A stretch of 64,000 bases of DNA from positions 53,511 to 117,510 of the IMG/VR virus record IMGVR_UViG_3300021478_000019. One strand, 5' to 3'. The position numbers and the translations under genes are program-made. The DNA is from a virus. The notes beneath the pieces were generated by a model. The model made no database searches and was not told where the DNA came from. It saw only the letters and a program-made list of their open reading frames with translations. Positions within the stretch are counted from its first letter, which is position 1. Each line of letters opens with the position of its first letter. Shown piece by piece: positions 16,714 through 26,175 of the stretch.

Positions 16714-18597
16714 TTAAATTCCTCCCGTCGCAGTCACGGTGACGTTGTTGGCCTGGGGAATTTCGTAGACGTTGCAGACCACGTCACCGACGCTCAGGGG
16801 AGTGTTCTCATGCCGGCTCAGGACCGTGACCTGGCAGTAGTCCACGCCCTCGACGGCTTGCACGTTGTGGTACACGCTGGACACAGTGACCCGGTAGCCG
16901 AAGTCGACGACGGAGAACAGCATGAGGTTGTAGATGGCCGCGATGGTGTTGGCCCTGACGCTGGCCTGGTTGTACTGGGGCAACACCTGGATCGCTACCG
17001 TCACATCCACCGGCACATACCCGACCTGGATGGCACCCAGCTTGTTGTACTGCGGCGCCAGGATTTGGACCGAGGTGCCCACCATCTTCTTGTCATCCAG
17101 GTAGCCGGTGTAGGCCGAGTTGGTGATGGAGGGGGTGAGGTTGGCGACCGCAGTGTTCAAGGCTGAGGGCGGGTTGATGAAGTCCCCGGTGGGGTGGATA
17201 TAGATGTTGACGCTGCTGTAGGCCGTCGAGGTGGCGGCAGCCTTGGCCACGCTGGGGTTGTTGAGGACCAGGGCGGCGTAGTCGTCGAGGGTGACCGCCC
17301 GGTTGATGGCCGTGATCGACAGGGGAGCGTGGATGCGGATGTGATCGAGGGTCTCGGCGTCGGCGCCTCCCGACGCACCGGCGGGATTGGTGACGGCGAC
17401 GACGTTGGAGATATTGGGAAGAGCGGTGACCAGGTTGGTCAAGGTGTTGGCCGACACGTTCCCAGCGGCGCCCCCACCTATCGTATATGCCGCGGTGATG
17501 GTGGATCCAGGGATGGGTACTCGACCATTTATCCCGTCACCGAAGCTGACCGTGACCACCCCGTTGGCGTCGGTGTTGAGGGTGTAGGCCAACTCGGTGG
17601 ACATGGCGTCGACCAGGCGCTGAAAATAGTTCCAGGTGGCCGGCCCGCCCCCTTCATCGATGGTGATTATTACGCTGCCGTCCACCACCGGAGTCTGGAA
17701 CAGGGTGTAGCTCTGCGCCGGCAAGCCAGTGGACGTGCCAATGACCTCACCGGAGGTGCTGACGCCGTGCTGGGCCGGGACACCACCGCCGGGCTGGGGC
17801 GGCATGGTATTGGCGGTGTAGACGGCGCTGGGGACAGCTGGCTGGTAGGTGACCGTGATGGCCACCCCGTTGGCGGGCTTGGCCCCATGCACCCCGTCAC
17901 CGAACTGGATGGTGTTCGGTAGGGGCGAGCCCACCACCGTGAACATGGTGGCGGTGGCTACTTGGCCCGCCAGGTTGTTGCCGGGAGCCAAGGTCCAGGT
18001 GGCGCCGCCCACTGTGACGGTCTGGTTGGCGCCGCCACCGTTGAAGTAATACGGTCCCTGATTCAGCAGGATCTGCTGACCGGCCAGGTTGGTGCCCGTG
18101 GCGGTCTGGGTGGTCGGCGTGAAGTCGCCCCAGATGTAGGCGTCCTGGGTGGTCTCAAAGGTGGTGGCGCCGGTACTGGTCAGGTCTCCTTGCACCTGGG
18201 TGCCCGCCGGGATGAGGACCGTGGGGCAGGGCGCGGTGACACTGAACTGCAACATGACCAGAGCGGAGACGTTGCCGTAGGGGGTGTAGTCGAGCAGCGA
18301 GGCCAGGTTGAGGACCGACTGGCGCTGCTGGGCCGTGGCCAGGAAGGCTTCGTTGGCGATCCGGTCGCTGTAGAAGTTGATGATGTCGCCCATGTAGCTG
18401 AACAACTCGATCAACACGATGCCGAAGTCGCCGGGAGAACGGTCAGTCCACTCGGGCAGATAGGTCGGGATCAGGTTGATCAGGTCGTTGACCAGGCTGC
18501 CGTAATCCCGGCTGGTGTAGTCGACCTGGGGGATGGTGGACAGGCTCGGTATGACATCGGCCAAGGTTCCCGCGATGGCACTGGGCACCATGGTCAT
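16714..18597 (-). CDS. Baseplate J-like protein
   Basis: 'DYTSRDY...PEWTDRSPGDFGIVLIELFSY...NEAFLATA', 'FGDG..G..P', 'GGADAETLD...RAVTLDDY'. Confidence 0.93.
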   Translation of the reverse strand: MTMVPSAIAGTLADVIPSLSTIPQVDYTSRDYGSLVNDLINLIPTYLPEWTDRSPGDFGIVLIELFSYMGDIINFYSDRIANEAFLATAQQRQSVLNLASLLDYTPYGNVSALVMLQFSVTAPCPTVLIPAGTQVQGDLTSTGATTFETTQDAYIWGDFTPTTQTATGTNLAGQQILLNQGPYYFNGGGANQTVTVGGATWTLAPGNNLAGQVATATMFTVVGSPLPNTIQFGDGVHGAKPANGVAITVTYQPAVPSAVYTANTMPPQPGGGVPAQHGVSTSGEVIGTSTGLPAQSYTLFQTPVVDGSVIITIDEGGGPATWNYFQRLVDAMSTELAYTLNTDANGVVTVSFGDGINGRVPIPGSTITAAYTIGGGAAGNVSANTLTNLVTALPNISNVVAVTNPAGASGGADAETLDHIRIHAPLSITAINRAVTLDDYAALVLNNPSVAKAAATSTAYSSVNIYIHPTGDFINPPSALNTAVANLTPSITNSAYTGYLDDKKMVGTSVQILAPQYNKLGAIQVGYVPVDVTVAIQVLPQYNQASVRANTIAAIYNLMLFSVVDFGYRVTVSSVYHNVQAVEGVDYCQVTVLSRHENTPLSVGDVVCNVYEIPQANNVTVTATGGI

Positions 18598-19469
18598 GAC
18601 ATGACCTCGACGCCGATGCCGCCCATCGAGAAGGCGATGGTATGGCGGGTGGGTGAGACTCCTACCGAGAAATGAACGGTCACGTTGGCGAGGCCGGCAT
18701 TGAAGAGATCCGGCGTCATGGAGATCTCGTTGATGGTGATGTTGGGCTCCCAGGCTTGGAGGCTCTGCTGCGTGGCCGAAATAATGGTCTGCTCGACGAA
18801 GGGGTCATTGCTCTCAAAGACGAAGCTTCGCAGGCCGGCTCCATACCCCGGTCGCATGACTCGTTCTCCGGGGCTGGTCAGCAGGAGAGCCAGGATGTGG
18901 TTCTGGGCCCACAGGACCGGGTCGGTGTCGTAGGCCACTCCTCCACCGGTCCCTAGCTTGAGCGGCAGCACGCTCCACGGGATGATGGGATTGCCATTGG
19001 TGTCCAGCATCGGGTTGCCGTTGTCGTCGAGGGGGCTGCTACCGGGTGGCACTCCGCTGCTGGCCACCGTGGCCATCCATGACTGGTTCATATACAGGAC
19101 GGCGTCGTTGACGTTGTACTGGGTGCTGGCGTTCCAGTTGACCACGTTGGCCCAGGGGTAGATTGGGTTGCCGTTGATGTCGGTGATGGGGTCACCGTTG
19201 TCGTCGAGCATGGGACTGAGCGGTGGCACGCCCGTGACCGCCTGGCTGGTCGTCCACACCATGTTGTTGTACATGACGGCGTCGTTGACGTTGTAGCTGG
19301 CGCCCGGATCGTAGAACCCAGGAGGACTAGCAGTGCCCGGCGCCCAGTTGAGGGCGGGCATTCCGACTTGTCCCTGAACAGCAACAGTGCTGCCGCCGAT
19401 ACGGAAGGGCTGGGCCATCTCCCAGGTCTGGGGCAGCTGGCGGAAATTGGAAGGGACCCAGAAGCTCAT
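18594..19469 (-). CDS. GPW/gp25-like baseplate protein with two CBM5/12-like repeats
   Basis: 'LLLTSPGERVMRPGYGAGL..FVFE...WEPNITI'; two 'YNVNDAV.Y....W' repeats. Confidence 0.9.
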   Translation of the reverse strand: MSFWVPSNFRQLPQTWEMAQPFRIGGSTVAVQGQVGMPALNWAPGTASPPGFYDPGASYNVNDAVMYNNMVWTTSQAVTGVPPLSPMLDDNGDPITDINGNPIYPWANVVNWNASTQYNVNDAVLYMNQSWMATVASSGVPPGSSPLDDNGNPMLDTNGNPIIPWSVLPLKLGTGGGVAYDTDPVLWAQNHILALLLTSPGERVMRPGYGAGLRSFVFESNDPFVEQTIISATQQSLQAWEPNITINEISMTPDLFNAGLANVTVHFSVGVSPTRHTIAFSMGGIGVEVMS

Positions 19470-20278
19470 ACCATTGCTCTGACGACGAAGTAGGCCCGGT
19501 CTGCTCCGACGTAGCCCTGGAGCCCAGTGACAGAACACTGATGCTGAACCTGGAGAGTGTCCCCAGCCTTGCAGGGAATGACGTCAGTCGCCTGGCATAC
19601 CTGGGCGGCACCGGCAATGGTGCTGTCAGGCGTGCCATTCCAGGCGGTCGAGACGTTATTGTGCATCAGATGGACGTTGTACCACTGGTTGGCGCCGGTG
19701 GTGGCAAAGCCCACCTGGGCATGGACGAGATAGTCGGCGGCGTAAGGGCAAACGAAGGTGGTCCCGCCACTCCAGTTGCTGCCGTATTCAATGGTGTCGA
19801 AGCCGTAGATGGTGGGGGTCGTAGAGGTGCCATAGCCCGCAACCCGGTGGGCCTTGCCTCGGGCTGCCTTACCTGGCACCGCGTTGGCGAACTGACGAAC
19901 ATCACCAAGACTGGTTCCGGTGATGACCCAGAGCGGGATCTCGTAGATGTCGGTGAGGTTCTGGGTGGGCTGCTGCGGGGTCGGCAGCAGGGTGAAGATC
20001 ATCTGCCGGCCCGTGGGATCCATGCGAGCCACTACCGTGCCGTTGGTCACGGCGAGGGCCTTGTTGCCCTGGGTCTCTCCATAGAAGCCGTCGATCCAGG
20101 CCCCACCGGACTGGATGGTCAGTACCCCCCCGGACAGGGTGGCGTTGAACTGATTGAGATAGCCGGGCACCACTCCGCTGCCATAGAACAGGCGGGCCAT
20201 GAGCCGCCACCGCGGTTGGCTGGCGTTGAGCCCCTGCCCTTGGTCGAAGGGGAAGAAGCTGTCGAGGGCGATACTCAT
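19466..20278 (-). CDS. Minor tail/receptor-binding protein with C1q-like C-terminus
   Basis: 'FFPFD.G.G...RWRLMA...GVV...AWIDGFY' N-domain; beta-rich C-terminus. Confidence 0.7.
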   Translation of the reverse strand: MSIALDSFFPFDQGQGLNASQPRWRLMARLFYGSGVVPGYLNQFNATLSGGVLTIQSGGAWIDGFYGETQGNKALAVTNGTVVARMDPTGRQMIFTLLPTPQQPTQNLTDIYEIPLWVITGTSLGDVRQFANAVPGKAARGKAHRVAGYGTSTTPTIYGFDTIEYGSNWSGGTTFVCPYAADYLVHAQVGFATTGANQWYNVHLMHNNVSTAWNGTPDSTIAGAAQVCQATDVIPCKAGDTLQVQHQCSVTGLQGYVGADRAYFVVRAMV

Positions 20279-21174
20279 GAGGATGCTCCGAGGTCAATCA
20301 GGCGCATGGACAGGGTCATATTGGAGACCTGAATGCCGGGGCCCGGCCCCGCAACTACCAGCCATCCGGCGTTCTTGAGTCCCGTAGTCACCGGGATCAC
20401 ACCTGACAAAGTGATGGGCAGGGCGAGTGTCTGCAGGGACATGCCCGCCCCCCAGGCTGAGTTGCCCGGTTGCATAGCGGTGGTCGGTGCCAGCTGGGCT
20501 TGACCCGCGACACCTTGCTGATAGGTCAGCTGACAGGAAGCGGTCTGGGCCGCGGACAAGTCGGTGAGGGTGATCATGGCTGAGCCCTCGATCTTGGCCC
20601 AGCCGGCATAGGGCACTCGGGCCACCATGAACTGAGCCATGACCAGCGGACTGGTGCCTCCCGTGGCAATGGATATGGGGCCGTCAAGGCGACCGGCCCA
20701 GGTCACGCCTTGACCACCGATGATGAAGGTCCGTAGGTCGGTCAAGGTGGCGCCGCCGGTGACCAGCCATAGCGGGATCTCCCAGAGGCTGAGGGATTGC
20801 GTGTAGCCGGAATAGTCGGTGGCGCCGCTCTTGTAGTAGATGGAGCAGATCTCGTTGACGAGGTCCACCCCGGCCACGATGGTGCCGTTGCCGGTGACGC
20901 TGACGACGTTCTGGGGGGCCATCACTTCGGCGTAGTAGCCGTGAATGAACGCCGCACCGGGCTGGATGGTCACCGTGTTGCTGGCGATGGTGGCGAACAG
21001 CTGGGTTACGGTGGAGACACCGGTGGGATAGTTCTGGAGGACCCCGTCTGGGCACCACAGCTGAGCCATCTTGCGCCAGCGGGCGCTGTTGGCCGAGGCC
21101 CCGAATCCCTTGTCGAAGGGAAAATACTCATCGAAGTTCGGCACTACTGACCCTGCCCCGTCAGGTTTTGCCAC
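20275..21174 (-). CDS. Minor tail protein, paralog of 19466..20278
   Basis: 'YFPFDKGFG...ARWRKMA...GVL...AFIHGYY...WEIPLW'. Confidence 0.7.
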   Translation of the reverse strand: MAKPDGAGSVVPNFDEYFPFDKGFGASANSARWRKMAQLWCPDGVLQNYPTGVSTVTQLFATIASNTVTIQPGAAFIHGYYAEVMAPQNVVSVTGNGTIVAGVDLVNEICSIYYKSGATDYSGYTQSLSLWEIPLWLVTGGATLTDLRTFIIGGQGVTWAGRLDGPISIATGGTSPLVMAQFMVARVPYAGWAKIEGSAMITLTDLSAAQTASCQLTYQQGVAGQAQLAPTTAMQPGNSAWGAGMSLQTLALPITLSGVIPVTTGLKNAGWLVVAGPGPGIQVSNMTLSMRLIDLGASS

Positions 21175-21686
21175 TTCTGGCGGTGCTGTTCCGACACTGA
21201 CGGCCCACTGCCGGGAACACCAGAGAAGGGCGCCCAGTAGCCAGGCTTTCCTGCTCCTTGCTCACCACCCGCACGCATTGCTTCGTCGATGCCCATGGGC
21301 TCGGTGACCGTGCTACCGCCGTGTTCCTCAGCTTCCAGGGCTCCTGGGTCGAGCCCGGTCTGGGGCCGGCGGGTCTGGGCCCGGAAGTAGTCGTTCAGGT
21401 GGGACGGGGTCTGGGGCAACCCCAGGGTGTGGCGCAGCGCCGCGCCCAGGCCGGCGTGGCGGAAGTAGTTGGCCTTCTGGTTCTGGTCGAGGACCCTGCC
21501 GACCTGCTTGCGGACATCGGGGGTCAGCAGCTGCCGCCTGTTGGTGTTGCGCCCCATCCCGGTGTTGGGCTCAAGCCCGCCAGTGCCAGGGATGATCTGG
21601 GCCTCACCGGTGAGAGGCGGCCTACCCGGCCTCCAGTTGACGTCGCCGGGACCCTCCGGGCCAGTGCGTGGAGCTATGTCGGACAT
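21144..21686 (-). CDS. Hypothetical G/P-rich protein
   Basis: ORF within a compact minus-strand operon. Confidence 0.6.
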   Translation of the reverse strand: MSDIAPRTGPEGPGDVNWRPGRPPLTGEAQIIPGTGGLEPNTGMGRNTNRRQLLTPDVRKQVGRVLDQNQKANYFRHAGLGAALRHTLGLPQTPSHLNDYFRAQTRRPQTGLDPGALEAEEHGGSTVTEPMGIDEAMRAGGEQGAGKPGYWAPFSGVPGSGPSVSEQHRQKWQNLTGQGQ

Positions 21687-21689
21687 GGG

Positions 21690-22193
21690 TCATCTCCAGG
21701 GGGGTGCGAGCTTGCGTAGCTGGGTGGTGCGTCCTATGCCCGGATCGGCACCCCACAGAGACTGCTGGCGAGGAGAGAACATGGGCACCTTGTCGAAGTC
21801 GGGTACGTAGCGCTCCGACAGCACCATGGTGTCAACGGGGACCCCTCGGCTCTCCCGTACCAGCCCTCGGTCGGGCTGGAGGTCGGGTGGGAAGAGGTAA
21901 TCCGAGGGGTCGATCCGTTCCCCCTTGTGGACCCCCCGCACATAGGAGCGCTGGTTCTGACGGCTCTTCAGATTGTCGAGGAGGCGGTCTCCACGCCGGG
22001 AGTTGATCGTGCCGAGGTAGCCATCGGGATACATCGCCTCCGGGGTGCGGTTGTACATCGACCGCCGCGCATCCAAGGCGTCTCGGAAATACGGTCCCAT
22101 ACCCCCGCCCCCGCCAACCGTGTTGGCATTTCCGGGGGCCCCCATATTCATTGGGGGGAGGTACTGCCACGGCGTGAAGACCCCTCGGGGCAT
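21690..22193 (-). CDS. Hypothetical (probable virion) protein
   Basis: 'PEAMYPDGYLGTINSRRGDRLL...RSYVRGVHKGERID' looks conserved. Confidence 0.7.
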   Translation of the reverse strand: MPRGVFTPWQYLPPMNMGAPGNANTVGGGGGMGPYFRDALDARRSMYNRTPEAMYPDGYLGTINSRRGDRLLDNLKSRQNQRSYVRGVHKGERIDPSDYLFPPDLQPDRGLVRESRGVPVDTMVLSERYVPDFDKVPMFSPRQQSLWGADPGIGRTTQLRKLAPPWR

Positions 22194-22435
22194 CAGTCCA
22201 TCACTGATGTCGCATCGAAGAACCCGCGCACTTCTTCATTGCGGGAGTGGGCCACCGGCATCAGCTGGCCCAGATAGTGGGGATCCTGGGCGTCTTCATT
22301 GCCGCTGAGCTTGTCGCTCATGACCATGTCGTAGGTGGGCCCGTGGGGCTCACCCTGGTGCTGCTGAGCCTGCTCGTAGCTGCCGCCTCCAGCGCTGGTG
22401 GGAGCATTCGTGGGGAACCCTCGGGCTGGGCTCAT
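22193..22435 (-). CDS. Hypothetical protein
   Basis: ATG at 22435 overlapping the upstream stop (ATGA). Confidence 0.55.
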   Translation of the reverse strand: MSPARGFPTNAPTSAGGGSYEQAQQHQGEPHGPTYDMVMSDKLSGNEDAQDPHYLGQLMPVAHSRNEEVRGFFDATSVMD

Positions 22436-22920
22436 GGCTCGTTGCCCATCATCCCGGTCTGGAAGTTCGTGGTCCGACTGGGCGTCGAGGGCACGATGTG
22501 GCCCCCGCCCTGGGTCGGTACCGGCGACTCGGTGGGGATCTTCATGGACGGCGACACCGTCAGCCGGGCCGTCGCCGCCTCCCCTTGGGACATGGCTACC
22601 CGAGAGGGATGGGGCTCTTGGATCACCCCAGCTGAGACCCCGCTGGCGAAGGCGGCGTTGTCGCTGGCCAGGGGCGGGCCGGCACCGCGACCGTAGGTAT
22701 CGGAGCCCGTCTCGTAGGCATCGGGCACCCCCTTGAGCCGGCCCCCGGTGGCGCCGATCCCGCCAGCGAGATCGCCAGGCGTCCCTACCTGTCCAGGCTG
22801 GGGTCCGGGTGGGGTCCAAGATCCATTTTGCTTTGCTGCTTTTTCGGCCATACCCAGGTGACTACTTTCTGCTCCCATGCGACGACGAATCGCATGACCG
22901 ACACGTCTCTGATCAGCCAT
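22432..22920 (-). CDS. Hypothetical G/P-rich protein
   Basis: Leaderless start 6 nt after TAACAT. Confidence 0.65.
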   Translation of the reverse strand: MADQRRVGHAIRRRMGAESSHLGMAEKAAKQNGSWTPPGPQPGQVGTPGDLAGGIGATGGRLKGVPDAYETGSDTYGRGAGPPLASDNAAFASGVSAGVIQEPHPSRVAMSQGEAATARLTVSPSMKIPTESPVPTQGGGHIVPSTPSRTTNFQTGMMGNEP

Positions 22921-22966
22921 GGGTCGATGTTAGGGCCGGGCGGGCCGAGGGCCCCGACCACAGGAG

Positions 22967-23689
22967 CTACTGGGCTCGCCGGATCAGTCGTCGAGGAGGG
23001 GAGGTGGTGATTTCCACCGGGGCCCATTCGGTGCGTCCCTGCAGGGCCTTTATGACGTCACGCTGGAAGTTGGTCATCTCGGGGTCGGTGGCGTAGGCGT
23101 GGGCCATGCGAGCCAGGATGTACGCCTCAGCCAGGTTGGTGTCGTTGAAGTCCTCGTTCCAGCGCTTCAGCACCTCCTTGGTCAGGAGTTCCTTCTTGGT
23201 GTTGCCATTGCCGGTGGCGAACTTCTTGATCTGCTGAGGGCTGGGCAGGACCGGGAAGGACCGCCGGTTGCCGTTGTAGACACCGTCGTCGAAGAAGGTC
23301 AGGATGGCCAGCTTGATGGCGCCACCGACCTCACCGGAGTTGTGCTGGCCGAACTTCTCCAGCATGCTGTAATGCTCCATGGCGATCTGGCAGATCTCGC
23401 CCTGCTCGGACAGCCGGCGTAGCTCCCGCCTGATATTCGTCATCAGATAGCGCAGCCGTAGCACTCCCTTGGGCAGGGTTTTCGCTACGGGTTTCCACTG
23501 CCCTACCAGCCCGCGGGTGGGACTCCAGGCCACCAGGGCGCAGTTGAGGACGCCGGGGTCGATACCTATATACAGGTCCACACTTGGCTTGGTCACCCGG
23601 CGATGCTCCTCTTTATGGTTGGGATGCTCCCAGTACTCGCCACAGGTGGCGCATCGGCTCTCGCTGGTGCCTCGGTACCCATGGCTCAC
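22967..23689 (-). CDS. ruvC: RuvC-like Holliday junction resolvase
   Basis: 'YIGIDPG', 'IAMEHY', 'PSPQQIKKFATGNGNTKKE', 'DTNLAEAY'. Confidence 0.88.
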   Translation of the reverse strand: MSHGYRGTSESRCATCGEYWEHPNHKEEHRRVTKPSVDLYIGIDPGVLNCALVAWSPTRGLVGQWKPVAKTLPKGVLRLRYLMTNIRRELRRLSEQGEICQIAMEHYSMLEKFGQHNSGEVGGAIKLAILTFFDDGVYNGNRRSFPVLPSPQQIKKFATGNGNTKKELLTKEVLKRWNEDFNDTNLAEAYILARMAHAYATDPEMTNFQRDVIKALQGRTEWAPVEITTSPPRRLIRRAQ

Positions 23690-23907
23690 TCCTTGCGCCA
23701 GCGGGACCGCATCTCGGTGGTGGCCTTGGGCTCAGCTGGCGCCCGCCGTGGGGGCCTACGGTCCTTGGGTAGGTAGCCCTGGTACAGGCGATCGCCGCAG
23801 TCGGCGCAGTACACGCACCGGCCCACCTGCTTCCAGGTGTGGGCTTCGTGGATCTCCAGCCCCGCAGACCAGTCCTCCAGCGCCTTCCTGATCGTGGCCT
23901 CATCCAT
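23686..23907 (-). CDS. Small Zn-ribbon protein
   Basis: 'HTWKQVGRCVYCADCGDRLYQG'. Confidence 0.65.
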   Translation of the reverse strand: MDEATIRKALEDWSAGLEIHEAHTWKQVGRCVYCADCGDRLYQGYLPKDRRPPRRAPAEPKATTEMRSRWRKE

Positions 23908-24112
23908 CGCTCAGCCTCTGGATCTCCCGGTTGACGTACCACGCCGCCTTCTTGAGATCCTCCACCGGGTCCACGCCCTCCTTGAGCCCGGCCCGCCACA
24001 GGTACTTGATGGCGTTGCCGACGTTGAAGTTGTAATGCTCAGCGATGCGGATGCACTCGATACCGGAGGGGTGGCTGCCGTAGTGGGGAGGATGGTTGAT
24101 CAGGTCACTCAT
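23900..24112 (-). CDS. DUF3310-type phage protein
   Basis: 'INHPPHY...IECI...FNVGNAIKYLWRAGLK...EDLKKAAWYV'. Confidence 0.9.
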   Translation of the reverse strand: MSDLINHPPHYGSHPSGIECIRIAEHYNFNVGNAIKYLWRAGLKEGVDPVEDLKKAAWYVNREIQRLSDG

Positions 24113-24702
24113 GGGGCGTTCCGATCCGCTCGACGAAAGCCAGGGCTCTTGTCGTCGCCCCGCCGGGTTAGCTCCCGGCTCACCACGGCGGCGTCCCGCT
24201 CGGCCCCCTCAAAGAGCATGGACTTCAGCTTGCGCCGGGCGTAGGTGACCTTCAGGACGTCCCTGGCCTTGGCGATGTCGGGATCTGACTCCATGCCGGC
24301 CCGGACCCAGGTGACCGCCTCCGACACCCGCTCAGGCTTGTTGGCGATCATGTAGAGCCCCTCCAGCCGGCGCACCTCGGCGTCGGCGTAGCGTTCGTGG
24401 ATCTCCTCGATGGCCAGCTGGTTCTGCAAATAATCGGCCCAGCGGGTAAACATCACGAACAGATTCATGAGTTCTTTTCCGGTCAGGTCGTCAATATCTG
24501 GCTCCAGCTTGGGCAGCTTGAAGTCAGGAGCGTCGGGCTCCTCCAGCTGGAGATCCCGGTACACCGACTGGCGCCGCAGGGCCACGGTCTGGCGCACCTG
24601 CTCCCAGCCGTCGACTGGCTTGGGTCGGTTCAGGCGCCGGGCGGCGGATGAGTCGCCGTCTACCATGGACGGGCTCGTAGCGTGAACAATCGGCACAGCC
24701 AT
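24109..24702 (-). CDS. Helical protein, possible UvsY-like recombination mediator
   Basis: Helical, ends 'AAVVSRELTRR'; lies in the recombination cluster; start uncertain. Confidence 0.55.
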   Translation of the reverse strand: MAVPIVHATSPSMVDGDSSAARRLNRPKPVDGWEQVRQTVALRRQSVYRDLQLEEPDAPDFKLPKLEPDIDDLTGKELMNLFVMFTRWADYLQNQLAIEEIHERYADAEVRRLEGLYMIANKPERVSEAVTWVRAGMESDPDIAKARDVLKVTYARRKLKSMLFEGAERDAAVVSRELTRRGDDKSPGFRRADRNAP

Positions 24703-25576
24703 CGTAGGGGCACTTCGGGATGGTACCGCCGTTTAGTGCGTCCACCACCTCGGCGCACTGAGATAACCGGTCGAAAATTCGTTCCGGTCGATATTTAACG
24801 ACCATCTCTTTGACTTGCTGATTCCACTTGCACTCGTAGAGATAGATCATGTCGGTGAGCCCGCTCATGAAGCAGTAGAGGTGGCCCTGGCGGATGTGGG
24901 AGGGGAACGGTACCCGAATAGAGTTCCACAGGGCGTCGTAGTCGAGGAAGGTTCTCGATTTACCGTTCAGGTTCAGCTTGGTGGTGTGCTTGACCAACAG
25001 GTCCGGGGCTTCAAAGCGCAGGGTGCCGAGGCCGATGGACTTGATCTCGACGAGGTCTTGACCGTCCTGGCCATCGGCGTGGCCCACCATGTGCAGGGCC
25101 TCGTTGGTGAGGGGCACCTCGTCGTAGCGCAGGAACTTGCGCTGGGCCAGGCACTGCTCGCACTCGTCGGGAGCTTCAGCCCACCAGCTGTGATGACACG
25201 CCTGGCAGTAGAACATGCCCGAGAGGCGCCCGATGTCCCAGATCCGGTCCTGCCACTTGCGGTGGATGTCCTTGCCCTCGTCGAAGATCATCTGCATCCG
25301 CCAGTGGGTGACCGGTAGCGCGGTGTGGGGCTGGATGCCGGCCAGGCGGTAGTAGCTGGCCCGCGGGCACCACTCGTTGTGGGAGACCTCAGAGGGATGC
25401 AGTTCGTCCTGGCGCCGCTCGTCGTTGGCGCCAGGCCGCAATAAGTGTCTTTGCACGTCCCCAAGGAGCCGAGTCTCTCGCTTGGTCGTCTCCAGCAGGG
25501 CCTTGAGGTTGGGGTCGTTGTTGGGATGCCACAGCTGTGATCGTGATGATCGTTCCGGTGGTAAGCGCACCTTCAC
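24524..25576 (-). CDS. Cas4-like / PD-(D/E)xK exonuclease
   Basis: 'LHPSE...CPR..YY', 'G..IH', CxxC insert, 'GHADG...VEIKS', 'HIRQGHLY', C-terminal CxxxxCxxC. Confidence 0.88.
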   Translation of the reverse strand: MKVRLPPERSSRSQLWHPNNDPNLKALLETTKRETRLLGDVQRHLLRPGANDERRQDELHPSEVSHNEWCPRASYYRLAGIQPHTALPVTHWRMQMIFDEGKDIHRKWQDRIWDIGRLSGMFYCQACHHSWWAEAPDECEQCLAQRKFLRYDEVPLTNEALHMVGHADGQDGQDLVEIKSIGLGTLRFEAPDLLVKHTTKLNLNGKSRTFLDYDALWNSIRVPFPSHIRQGHLYCFMSGLTDMIYLYECKWNQQVKEMVVKYRPERIFDRLSQCAEVVDALNGGTIPKCPYDGCADCSRYEPVHGRRRLIRRPAPEPTQASRRLGAGAPDRGPAAPVGVPGSPAGGARRS

Positions 25577-25871
25577 GATGGCGCTCCCGCTTCATCCGGC
25601 GGCGTTCGCGCTCGGAACACCCGCCCCAGACCCCCCACTTCTCGTTGTTGTCGAGGGCGTAGTCGAGACACTGGTCGAGGACCGGGCACCGACCGGGGTG
25701 GTCCGGGTGGGTCCCCAGGCACACGCTCTTGGCCTCCTGCACCTGACCGTTGTGCTGATGGTCCGCGAACCACAGGTTGGTGGGTCCGCTGGCGCAGCTT
25801 CCCCAGCACTTTGCTCGATCCAGCCAGTCGGGCTGCACCCGTTCGTGGACCGGGGGCAGGGCTCCGTTCAC
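25389..25871 (-). CDS. whiB: WhiB-family transcription factor
   Basis: 'WLDRAKC...WF...AKSVC...CPVLDQCLDYAL...WGVWGGCSERERRR'. Confidence 0.88.
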   Translation of the reverse strand: MNGALPPVHERVQPDWLDRAKCWGSCASGPTNLWFADHQHNGQVQEAKSVCLGTHPDHPGRCPVLDQCLDYALDNNEKWGVWGGCSERERRRMKRERHREGALTTGTIITITAVASQQRPQPQGPAGDDQARDSAPWGRAKTLIAAWRQRRAAPGRTASL

Positions 25872-26175
25872 GTCCACCAGAAAGGTCGAGGTAGTCCCGC
25901 TCAGGGATGACGACAAAGTCGTCTCCTCCAAGCTCAAAGACCAGAACAGGGCGGCGACCTTCTGCCATTGCATGCTGACGTAGGTCGTAGAGGTCGATGT
26001 ACTTGAGAGTGATGCTGCTCCGGTTGTCAGTGCGCTTGAACTCAACCAGTTCGTCGGCAGTACGTCCGTCGTTCTTACGGTCCCAGCGTGCGCCTGATCT
26101 GGGGCTAGGTACCCCTCCAAACCGCTCCATCCCCTGTCGTTCTTGCCGCCTCGACCGGGTGAGGCGGTCGTTCAT
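25573..26175 (-). CDS. Hjc-like PD-(D/E)xK endonuclease/resolvase
   Basis: 'QER...GG...PRSGA....KND....ELVEFKRT'; C-terminal part overlaps whiB. Confidence 0.75.
   Translation of the reverse strand: MNDRLTRSRRQERQGMERFGGVPSPRSGARWDRKNDGRTADELVEFKRTDNRSSITLKYIDLYDLRQHAMAEGRRPVLVFELGGDDFVVIPERDYLDLSGGRERSPAPGPRTGAARLAGSSKVLGKLRQRTHQPVVRGPSAQRSGAGGQERVPGDPPGPPRSVPGPRPVSRLRPRQQREVGGLGRVFRARTPPDEAGAPS

Noticed and set aside
24524-25576. CRISPR-Cas system suggested by the Cas4-like gene
   Set aside because: No repeat-spacer array or other cas genes; stand-alone Cas4-like nucleases are common in phage recombination clusters.
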